Source: Candidatus Omnitrophota bacterium (GTDB lineage: Bacteria > Omnitrophota > Gorgyraeia > Gygaellales > Profunditerraquicolaceae). From it: a DNA stretch of 64,000 bases. Position numbers and translations under genes: made by a program. Of the stretch, positions 36,301 to 42,835 are shown piece by piece. Position 1 is the stretch's first letter. Every line of letters begins with the position of its first letter. The stretch covers positions 758 to 64,757 of the forward strand of contig JAUYDL010000041.1 in NCBI GenBank assembly GCA_030691865.1, given 5' to 3'. The notes beneath the pieces are model-generated. The model worked only from the letters and a program-made list of their open reading frames with translations, was not told the DNA's origin and ran no database searches.

Positions 36301-38119
36301 GAGATGCACTAAATGAAACAAACGCCTGCCCTCCTATAAGTAAGCGTAGTTGAGCGTATTTCTCCAGGGAATTTTTTGTTTCAGACATTGCATCAATCAT
36401 ATTCATCACCAAGTCCATAGGAATATTTATTCGTAATCTACGGGCCAATTCTAAAGACTGGTCGATATATCCAATTGGATCAGGTGATGAAGTAAGGGAG
36501 TTAAAAAAATTAGGAATATGGGTAAATTTTGATTCTCCAAACAATTCTAATAACTCTGATAATTTTGCAATATAAACATATTTTTGGTCGATAGTAAGAA
36601 TCGACTCAATCGCCTTTTCCGGCCTAGAAGAACTGTAAGTACGAATGATCCTTCGTAATTTTGTAATAACTGTAAACGGATCCTCTGCGTGATCAATAAT
36701 TTCAAACATTTGTTCTTGTTTAGCAGGGGTAATTTCTAATCGTTTCATATCACGAATAAATGCATTTCGCTCAGCTGTAAAAAACAGTTTTTTGAACCAA
36801 TTTGTGGAGGGAGTTTGTGAAGAATTGGTTGGTGTTGTTGAAGTAGTTCGATTTTCTTCAATAGCTTGTTGTATTAAAGGATCTATAGCTGCTTGTTTAT
36901 CTTCCTCTACGCCTTGTGCCTCAACATGCACTATGTCGCCATTATTAACTTCTACGCTTACACCATACCCACTCCTTACCCCTGCTGGCGTACCCGGAAT
37001 AACTGACCTATTTCCTACTGCTCCCATTGGCCTAGTTAATTCCTGCGCCAATGATGTATTGTCTGGAGCTAAAACCATACCCCCTGAGAAATAACTCCTG
37101 ATCACCTGGCCATATGGTGTATAGGTGGGCTCTTGGATGTTGTATTCCCCCTTCTCAAAATTCTCCTTATAGGCATTAAAGTAGGTGTTCACTGAATAAG
37201 GGGTCTTGGTTTGAAGATTAGTCAGGTCTTTTCTGTTTATACGTCCAGAGTATTGAGTGTTTTTGTTTTGATTTCTGGCTTTAAACCACTGGGCAAGAAT
37301 TAAGGAGTAATAGACCTGTCTTAAGGGGCCGTAGCGCTTGGCGTTGTTGATTTCTTTGGTAAGTTTAGGAATGATATTTTCCCTGATAATCTGAGAAGAA
37401 TATTCGTTGAGTTGTTTTTCTCTTTCATCTTTAAAAGAGTAGGTGGCATTGCCTTTTAAATAGTCTTGTTCCAGCATTACCTTTAGCGTTGCCTTATAGA
37501 CATAAGCTGAATCTGTTGATTCACGGATGATGATTTCATCCGGAACGATCCAGGGGCGGGTTAGAGTAGGGATGGTTACGTTTTGATTTCCATAGAGCTC
37601 GCCTGCTTTTTGGTAGAGCTTATCCCAATACTCTTTACCTTCAAGGGTTTGAGGATTAGTCACATTGGCAGTATCTTTTTTTAGCTGCAGGTCTGCTTCC
37701 AGAAGAATCTTGCCTACTTCCGTCTGAGCTAAGAGCGGATCAATAATATCATTGGGTGAGTCAGGACGCAAGTTTACCCAGAAGGTGTCATTGGGCAAAG
37801 CAATACCCACAAAGAAATAATTTAGTAAATCTTTGGTGATAGATTCAACTTCAGGGACAGTCCCCTTCGGGGACAGTCCCTTAAACTGGTCGCCTTTATC
37901 TAAGAGAAGCTTAAAATTATTATTTAATCCATCGTAGGATATGTATCTTAAATGCAGGGGACGAAACTTATCCGGGGTAAAAGCATTATGTAAAGATGCG
38001 AAGTGGCCGGCGATATTTAGCTCAACAGCAGCAACCTGGGCAAAGCCCGTCTGCTGGACAACTAACAGGATACACAAAAATATAGCAATAATTTTTAAGG
38101 TCTTCGATTTTTTCATCAA
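30347..38119 (-). CDS. giant secreted protein (2590 aa) with an N-terminal signal peptide, an S/T-rich linker, a very long alpha-helical region of about 1700 aa and a C-terminal region carrying an HExxH zincin-like motif
   Basis: Uninterrupted 7.8-kb ORF. Signal peptide MMKKSKTLKIIAIFLCILLVVQQTGFAQ. Linker TTSTTPTNSSQTPSTN. IIAHEIAHIKNG sits at about 31027..31041. C-terminal Cys pair EGTCCATDP. Confidence 0.7.
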   Translation of the reverse strand: MMKKSKTLKIIAIFLCILLVVQQTGFAQVAAVELNIAGHFASLHNAFTPDKFRPLHLRYISYDGLNNNFKLLLDKGDQFKGLSPKGTVPEVESITKDLLNYFFVGIALPNDTFWVNLRPDSPNDIIDPLLAQTEVGKILLEADLQLKKDTANVTNPQTLEGKEYWDKLYQKAGELYGNQNVTIPTLTRPWIVPDEIIIRESTDSAYVYKATLKVMLEQDYLKGNATYSFKDEREKQLNEYSSQIIRENIIPKLTKEINNAKRYGPLRQVYYSLILAQWFKARNQNKNTQYSGRINRKDLTNLQTKTPYSVNTYFNAYKENFEKGEYNIQEPTYTPYGQVIRSYFSGGMVLAPDNTSLAQELTRPMGAVGNRSVIPGTPAGVRSGYGVSVEVNNGDIVHVEAQGVEEDKQAAIDPLIQQAIEENRTTSTTPTNSSQTPSTNWFKKLFFTAERNAFIRDMKRLEITPAKQEQMFEIIDHAEDPFTVITKLRRIIRTYSSSRPEKAIESILTIDQKYVYIAKLSELLELFGESKFTHIPNFFNSLTSSPDPIGYIDQSLELARRLRINIPMDLVMNMIDAMSETKNSLEKYAQLRLLIGGQAFVSFSASLRDPKKSSQSLMNYYTFSRLLMQILASENSDLVLHEYTRLFETLRQMQAVIDLDDLIYGFVSYLTEKPTITEGGLRKFVDTLLQIPDISSVIRAIQHAGLYKSDIGKVIAELAIDYIALEKQFRVEQQPTIRALFTDIMIRTFSIADPKGMLFEQLKTRIHLLANAAISETQLVVSGELQATIESYVLKIFWESTPFIGYTSQTQRLTDIADTLPSVDSSVVKSIRTIYGLGDSQYSRENRLRQMSTDATQWLSTQGVLNRHPTEAAEEQMQKMSASARAYLRSHAVQLFIPRIRSLRAMRKNGIKQPEQVLRSLEKSGSPILFKYYDGNITSNHYERIYHDYSINPARRVTDLDIIDQRMSGMSNSRVGEYDFPPQSLPFFQEIVAVDEKTYQKAVAATHEYPFLFDVFGNYYSSYRATRYESAFSSTQEGPSPALRFLTATIQHGGFQKGQEEALSLLQRLYDYGVGRDTLGDLLISYDALSTQVPLLQDLLVILDAIGQQKQFANIDNERRAFVNYQEFIKTVLSSGSAHILAQLIREGYGMDKDTISNFESGFNHRIDNRTNLIERGELLLRHPYAIIIALALNERINNVIRRGLINVVQDAEQVEEITNPIVLAIQRGVQSSLLSFERGVTEISKLHGVNPQTQKRIIDFGNQLVYRSLQNRLLEFFNLHPERIDELLDSAQPLHQILLAETALGKNYLNQVPAISVGDLQRYFYIKDGQVRINALFIEYVKLHYPLFELFKLLGSNNLIHAVDNEFGSQQEQIYWLYVLALPENQTKILLTTDIERVLRPAIVSSQGTISFNELITSYISKQTKLGAIENVWQNVGTAMSEDILSRLPVSLQRFWRLYLTVPDIRRILTEGGLELIATDADVSFFNFITEKVKPETIIILREYLNAHGFNIRTVEPTPGIYTLLSYLPREQWLTAVRRRTLLVPAVQTFLSESISSSVSDDRLKELIGQIRAEIESKNKRFNEFQAKLVNGYQPQTEEDFKMFDIFLASIDSHYIASFTELAEQFSVPNWQTLPRWQVLETVSRQLTTIPLISGTATFPFAIQESFFTIPDTLRQQVQAFLGDFLLQSDTPQVDHVAMLEDIGKIFSADTINQLLDPQTKADAIKLLLPYLRTDGQEALLKKINGIIASTLSEEQKLDNLTKVLAGALSIDASLFNGVWRDVFKLSNLDALIPQFVSGTLSVTDMSLFIKQLEELVSQHLPDYFSAHPNLAYLQKTLEATDELKLIKQVNAKSIETVQQQEKNTKMISLVFTPRTLLDVWQGVISGTCFGDHPAHLSKRKNIIPVKMVKDGEVFGNALFLIQPGKFILIGFDPSVSFASIMASEKMHEFIDRSMEAFVQIADANKWEFMIATSGEVGGLSNRNGVQDYIAETMHLEQSTQISITPEEKLQPNYGYEPKHAQKLDPSVRTTLRTSSKKPAFQIQTPASQIPAVPQTSVPPAAYQANKVYELSYSPSISSTGKGDETQANRNILEGILGILLKQGKITEAERQRRLDAFNVNPKSDLAEDLDLSVDNQNVYMINGQKVIVIAASYLSVTENGEQYASAGLRRGVVYITRAKFSEWQQQGILEQKIKHEQDEVSYLRQKAKEMFPGLDEATAYELFSNFLKNPNNQKQARGLIYEAHQYAESQGHKADVDVSIIKQVEAGVWSVEKVSQYGLGRFMPLDQQKAWINLYETMFLPLLHEAGLDSNSPPYFNFEFSLGSVATTHGSDVQLLIWFVKKFIAGEISRGEMATIIAHEIAHIKNGAVITDEVDVEAASEIRDELEAVELIIKAGLGKAQDAVSLLSRMASLKEEAIAAGAIRLSPELSRFSIESHPYGKMVEAIKQKFYPEEEISVAPQGDDREKGGIDFRFLPIVIQSMDNLKASIRTMPQSTLRRVDLTQEWSDIERLVNSGITPSAERLKEYLAASCFRGTLDSDMERIVSCISDILRIQEGTCCATDPTLKDILVVLGSGRSGEELKVAFSG

Positions 38120-38232
38120 TTGCCTACCGGCTCTTTAACTACTATAAGTATGATATAATAGGTAAGAAAAAACAAGGGTAAAACAGGGTAAAAAGAAAGG
38201 GTTTTCAGTAACAAAAGGGGATGCAACAAAAA

Positions 38233-38270
38233 GGGGACGTTGCCCTTCCGTCTTGAAGGGAAACGTCCCC
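38233..38270 (-). terminator. rho-independent terminator for the 38526..38765 gene, also the 5' part of the duplicated module before the giant-gene promoter
   Basis: ggggacgttgccc...gggaaacgtcccc stem followed by a U5 run on the minus-strand RNA. The TTTTACCC x2 repeats at 38175..38194 follow it. Confidence 0.6.
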
Positions 38271-38525
38271 TTTTCTACATCCTCTTTAAAGTATATGGAT
38301 TTCTTAATTCAGATTGGACAAATAATCAATCAGAATGGACAATTATAAAGGGAAAAAACACGAAGCTTTCCCGAATTTGTAGCAAGTATTCTCTGCAACT
38401 AACTAAAGAACAAGTAGGTTTCCCAAGAAATCTGATCTTAAGACCGTATGCAAAGGGAAAGCTTCAGTTCTTTCCTTTTAGCTACAGACTTGGGAAAGAA
38501 CTAAAAACACTTGTTGGCTGGTAAT

Positions 38526-38765
38526 CTATAACTTATGGTTTTCATGTACCCTGACCGACCTGATTCTACCTAATTGCGAGCAAAGGTCAAAAACCAAAGT
38601 AGGATCTTCAGTAAGCATATTTACTTGATAATTACAGCTTTCTGCCTGCTTCTGGCAGTCTGTAACAGTCAGATCACTGCCAAATTCTGCCAAGGCGTTC
38701 TTGATGATTTTCGGCGAGCTGTCTTTAGCATGTAAAACAAACTCCAGTACGTATTTTGTAATCAT
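38526..38765 (-). CDS. YbeD/UPF0250 (DUF493)-like small protein
   Basis: 79 aa. Y.LEFVLHAKD...NYQVNML...LGRIRSVRV resembles the YbeD pattern. Confidence 0.45.
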   Translation of the reverse strand: MITKYVLEFVLHAKDSSPKIIKNALAEFGSDLTVTDCQKQAESCNYQVNMLTEDPTLVFDLCSQLGRIRSVRVHENHKL

Positions 38766-39490
38766 TTAAGCATAACCACAGAAATTAATCTCCCCGCAAC
38801 TTGGGCCTCCTTGCGAAATGAAAAAAAGTTATCATCAGAAAAAGTGCAAAGCGCGGGATCGAAAATATTTTCTTTTTTTACTCCACAGTCAACCAGCTGT
38901 CTTTGATTGATCAGCGCGATATCCATAAAAACCCGGCCGTCTTTCTTCAGCAACCCAAAGCCAAAATTACTTTTAAAATCCTTCTCTACTTCAAAACAAC
39001 AGGAACGGATAGACGGGCCAAAACCAACAAATACATCTTTGGGTTGGCTACCAAATTTATTTTGCATGCCCTTAAGCCCCTCCTGCGAGATATTCTGTTC
39101 GGTACTGCGCCAACCAGCATGTAAAATGGCAATCGCCGGCCGCTTGGGATCATAAATAAAAACTGACAGGCAATCGGCAGTTAATATCGCAACGGGCACA
39201 GCTCTCTTATCAGTGATAAAACCATCTATATCGGCAAAAGAACTATCATAATCTAACGCCCCTCTACCCTTATTTTCTTCAGTTACATATTCAATATTTT
39301 TCCCATGTACCTGCTTAGCACAAATCAGACTGCGATAATCAATTCCTATGCTGCCAAGGAATTTTTTACGGTTCTCCAAAGAATTTTTGGTATCTCCGTA
39401 ACATAAAGACATGTTACCATCCTGCCTTCTGCTAAAACAGGCAACTGCCGAATTTATTGCAAATGTTTGTAATGGATTATAAGGCTGCAT
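38762..39490 (-). CDS. pgeF: peptidoglycan editing factor PgeF / YfiH (LACC1-type) family
   Basis: VPVAILTADCLSVFIYDP ... AILHAGWRS. Confidence 0.85.
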   Translation of the reverse strand: MQPYNPLQTFAINSAVACFSRRQDGNMSLCYGDTKNSLENRKKFLGSIGIDYRSLICAKQVHGKNIEYVTEENKGRGALDYDSSFADIDGFITDKRAVPVAILTADCLSVFIYDPKRPAIAILHAGWRSTEQNISQEGLKGMQNKFGSQPKDVFVGFGPSIRSCCFEVEKDFKSNFGFGLLKKDGRVFMDIALINQRQLVDCGVKKENIFDPALCTFSDDNFFSFRKEAQVAGRLISVVMLK

Positions 39491-39701
39491 CTATCTTTAC
39501 CAGTTTGTCACGCGATTTCTCCCCGGCCTTAATTCTTATTTGATATTTTTTTATTTTTAAATACGCGCTTAACAAATCGATAAGCTGTTTATTGGCCGCA
39601 CCAAAGCAGGCCGGCTTAGTAAGATATACCTTTAGTTTATTGCCTTGCCGCTCAACATGATTACGGCTGGCGCGAGGATTAACGCGGACATCAAAAATCA
39701 T
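39477..39701 (-). CDS. DUF167 (YggU) family protein
   Basis: 74 aa, VRVNPRASRNHV...LKVYLTKPA..GAANKQLIDLLS..L. Confidence 0.7.
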   Translation of the reverse strand: MIFDVRVNPRASRNHVERQGNKLKVYLTKPACFGAANKQLIDLLSAYLKIKKYQIRIKAGEKSRDKLVKIDAAL

Positions 39702-39708
39702 CTATTAA

Positions 39709-40641
39709 TTATTTGGATGTTATCTGCTTAGTATCACGGATATCCATCAGCCGCTGATTAACTTTATCTAAACGTTTTTCGGCATCGGTATATTTGGTAT
39801 TAGCATTAAGCAGGTGGTTGCCCAGGATATCAAAATCTTCCTTAAACTTATCCGTCTCAATAGAAAGAGCACCTAAACTTTTTAAAATCATCTTAGCATT
39901 CTCTTCTACTTTTAACCCACGCAAACCCATACAGATTACCTGCAGATAGGCGTAAAAAGTATTCGGCGAGACAGGGATCACCTTTTTTAACATACTATAA
40001 GAAAAGATATCCTCTTTGATAATTACTTCATAATAAACATTCTCCGCAGGAATATACATTAGGGCAAAATCATAGGTATTCTCCGCAGGCAGGATGTATT
40101 TTGCGGCGATCTCATTGATGCGGTTTTTTACATCCTGGATAAATTTTTTGCGCAAGACTTCTTTTGTTTGTTCATCGGGCGCCTCCTGCATCTTCTGAAA
40201 GTTCTCTAAACTAAACTTCGCGTCAACCGGAACCAGCCGCTCCCCCAGGCAGATTACCGCATCCACTGCATCTGTACTTTTAAAACGGTATTGCGTATGG
40301 TAGTGCTCCTTAGGTAAAACCTGGGAAAGTAAATTTTCCAGTAAAGTTTCTCCCATTGCCCCGCGGAACTTCGGGGCACGCAGAAGCTCCTGAAGGCTTG
40401 AGATATCCTTACTTATGGCGATAATCTGTTTATTGGTCTCCTCTAATTTTCCCAACTGCTCCCTTACGCTCCCAAAAGCAGAAGTGGCGCTGCCTAAATT
40501 CTGCCCGATGATCTTATTGGCATCCTGAATAGACTGGTTCATCTGATTCAGGCGCTCATTAACCTGAGAGGAAATTTTTAACACCACAGAAATAATAAAT
40601 ACACATAAAGCTAAAAATAAAACTACTATTAACCAGATCAT
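39709..40641 (-). CDS. rmuC: DNA recombination protein RmuC
   Basis: N-terminal TM followed by RmuC coiled-coil / nuclease-like domain. Confidence 0.8.
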   Translation of the reverse strand: MIWLIVVLFLALCVFIISVVLKISSQVNERLNQMNQSIQDANKIIGQNLGSATSAFGSVREQLGKLEETNKQIIAISKDISSLQELLRAPKFRGAMGETLLENLLSQVLPKEHYHTQYRFKSTDAVDAVICLGERLVPVDAKFSLENFQKMQEAPDEQTKEVLRKKFIQDVKNRINEIAAKYILPAENTYDFALMYIPAENVYYEVIIKEDIFSYSMLKKVIPVSPNTFYAYLQVICMGLRGLKVEENAKMILKSLGALSIETDKFKEDFDILGNHLLNANTKYTDAEKRLDKVNQRLMDIRDTKQITSK

Positions 40642-40708
40642 ACAACCCCCTCCTAAATACTGCCTACTAACTACTATCTACACTAATTATAACATCAATA
40701 GTCTTTTC

Positions 40709-41425
40709 TTAAATCAAATAATCTTTTTTTACTCTTTTTAAGGAACGAAATATGTTCTTTTTTATATCCGGACAAACCTTTTCCAGCTCTTGAATAATGC
40801 GGCCCATCCGGCTGCGGTTAGAAGTAATGGAATGCGGACAAACACAGGTCTGGTGAGCTAACTTTATCTCTTTAGCAAAACGTTTAATCAGGCGCTCTTG
40901 GACATAAGCCAGCGGCCGGATCAGCGTAATCTTACCTTTAAATAACTCCTGCTTGGGCACCATGGTTGATATTTCTCCCCGGAAAAACAAATTTAGCAGC
41001 AGGGTCTCGGCAATATCATCCATATGATGACCCAGGGCGATCTTGGTGCAACCCAGTTTATTAGCGGCCAGGAATAATTCCTTCCTTCTATTCCAAGAGC
41101 ACCAAAAACAGTTAATTTCACCCTTCTTGGTTTTCTTTAGAATATCAGTTTTAATTATTTTATACTCTACATTGAGTTTCTTGAAATATTTTTCTAACTT
41201 TACAGAGATGGATTTAGGATAACCCGTGTCAATGTGTATAGCAATAAGGTTATACTTGATCGGCACAAACGCCTGGCGGTCAATTAACAGCCGCAATAAA
41301 GTTAGGCTGTCTTTACCGCCTGAAACGGCGACTGCGATCTTATCATCGGGGGCAAGCATTTTATAATCCACAATCGCCTTGCCCATGCCCTTAGAGATAT
41401 AATATTCGCTACCCTGTAATGTCAT
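40709..41425 (-). CDS. PP-loop ATPase, tRNA 2-thiocytidine synthetase TtcA-like
   Basis: AVAVSGGKDSLTLL PP-loop, plus CFWC and C.CP cysteine pairs. Confidence 0.55.
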   Translation of the reverse strand: MTLQGSEYYISKGMGKAIVDYKMLAPDDKIAVAVSGGKDSLTLLRLLIDRQAFVPIKYNLIAIHIDTGYPKSISVKLEKYFKKLNVEYKIIKTDILKKTKKGEINCFWCSWNRRKELFLAANKLGCTKIALGHHMDDIAETLLLNLFFRGEISTMVPKQELFKGKITLIRPLAYVQERLIKRFAKEIKLAHQTCVCPHSITSNRSRMGRIIQELEKVCPDIKKNIFRSLKRVKKDYLI

Positions 41426-41426
41426 G

Positions 41427-41963
41427 TTATAAATAATCAGTGGGAGCTTTTAAAATAATCTTCAAATTTAGAGCATCAGCTATTTTTTTAAGCGTCCTTA
41501 AGGATATGTTTACATACCCTTGCTCAACGAAAGAAATTGACTGTTGAGATAATCCTGCTTTCTTGGCTAGTTCTACTTGTGTTAAACCGCTCTTTTGCCT
41601 GACCTCCTTGATTTGATCGCATATTATCTTTATTTCAGAGTCAACGCGAAGCGGCCTTTCTTTTATCTCCGTAAACCCCTTAATATTTAAATTTTTTTTA
41701 ACAGCCCTATAAATTTCGTCCCAAAAGATGATGCGGGTATCATTCCATTTATTTTCTCTCATCCTCAGCTTTATCTTTGACCAATTCCTAGCAAAAACTT
41801 CCCGGTTTAGGTAATTATTAAAAACCTCCTTAGGCTTATTAGTCCTTGCCAGCAACAAAGATGAAAACTCAATGAACCTGGGATTAAGCTCATCTCTTAG
41901 TATCCCCCTGGCTTCCTCTATTCTAATTTTTTTATCCCAAAAAATAACAGTATTATCTTCCAT
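41427..41963 (-). CDS. XRE-family HTH domain protein (C-terminal HTH, N-terminal unknown domain)
   Basis: SGLTQVELAKKAGLSQQSISFVEQG. Confidence 0.6.
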   Translation of the reverse strand: MEDNTVIFWDKKIRIEEARGILRDELNPRFIEFSSLLLARTNKPKEVFNNYLNREVFARNWSKIKLRMRENKWNDTRIIFWDEIYRAVKKNLNIKGFTEIKERPLRVDSEIKIICDQIKEVRQKSGLTQVELAKKAGLSQQSISFVEQGYVNISLRTLKKIADALNLKIILKAPTDYL

Positions 41964-41970
41964 ATATATC

Positions 41971-42690
41971 CTATATCTCTCCTGCTACTATTTTTTCTAC
42001 CTCATTTTTAAAATGACGCTCCATCTCTGAAAATTCTACTTTTTTGTCCGTAATAATTTCCAACAATCCGGTTTTCATCGCAAACCTGTCATAAGTCCTA
42101 AACCATACAATTATACTTTCTTTTTGAGGCTGTTGACAAAACTCGTTAACAAAATTTGACAACGGCATAAAGGTTTTTGACAAGAAGTACAAATCAAAAA
42201 AATCTTTTGCTTCCTGCCTGCCACCGGCAAACGAACTTCTTCCGACAGAATCTACGGTGGCGATACTGCCGCAAGCAGTTAGTATTTTGCGAAAATAAAT
42301 ATCCTCAATCGCGAGAATTGGCGCTCCATCAATATTCTTCAATGGCTTCAATAGCTTATAAACATCTTCCACAAAATCAATTTTTAACGAACTATCATCG
42401 CCTACTTTAAGAGAATAGACCATCATTCTTGCAAAACCCTGCCTATTTTGCTCAGCCAATAGTTCTACTTCTAATCCCATGTCCTTAGAGAGCGCAGAGA
42501 TTATTTCTTCTATATTAGCTCTGGAGAAATCTTTTGTAAAAAAATCCAGATCATAAGATTCCCTGTGCTTAAAATAAAATAAGGATAGGGCAGTTCCCCC
42601 TGCTAAATAAAAATTCCCTAATTTATTTGCCAGTTTTTTTAGAGTTTTATCGCGTACTTCTATTATTTTGTCCACAAATGAAGTATACAT
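41971..42690 (-). CDS. AbiEii/AbiGii-type nucleotidyltransferase (DUF1814) toxin-family protein
   Basis: FYLAGGTALSLFYFKHRESYDLDFF matches the AbiEii N-terminal NTase motif. Confidence 0.6.
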   Translation of the reverse strand: MYTSFVDKIIEVRDKTLKKLANKLGNFYLAGGTALSLFYFKHRESYDLDFFTKDFSRANIEEIISALSKDMGLEVELLAEQNRQGFARMMVYSLKVGDDSSLKIDFVEDVYKLLKPLKNIDGAPILAIEDIYFRKILTACGSIATVDSVGRSSFAGGRQEAKDFFDLYFLSKTFMPLSNFVNEFCQQPQKESIIVWFRTYDRFAMKTGLLEIITDKKVEFSEMERHFKNEVEKIVAGEI

Positions 42691-42835
42691 AAAAAAGTTG
42701 ATATTGTCAAGATAATACTAATGCTGCTTGTATTATGCTTCTTTAATCAACTTTTTGATGTATTAACAACTTTATCCAATTTTTTCGGGGGAAGATCAAA
42801 TCTCGAGTTTACCTACCGGAAGCAAAAGATGGAGA

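Noticed and set aside
30613-37094. Internal ORFs inside the giant gene on both strands (30613..30798, 31738..32205, 31781..32014, 32685..32978, 33275..33493, 33346..33600, 35012..35272, 36792..37094)
   Set aside because: They are alternative frames of a continuous 7.8-kb reading frame that has a strong signal peptide and coherent composition.
37850-37890. DNA-level duplicate gggacagtcccc...ggggacagtccc inside the giant gene, resembling the GGGAC hairpin cores
   Set aside because: The two units sit in different reading-frame registers of coding sequence (K-G-L-S-P-K-G-T-V-P). This is probably coincidental similarity to the intergenic hairpin family rather than an inserted element.
38240-38524. 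94-aa plus-strand ORF in the spacer upstream of the giant gene
   Set aside because: It starts inside the terminator hairpin, sits on the otherwise empty strand, and has low-complexity basic sequence. The region is more plausibly a 3' UTR or ncRNA.
42691-42720. TTGACA-17-TATACT promoter-like sequence at the AbiEii-like gene start
   Set aside because: The -10 hexamer coincides with codons 2-3 (ATG TAT ACT) of the only plausible start, so it cannot drive that start unless the annotation is wrong. It is mentioned within the finding but not annotated as a feature.
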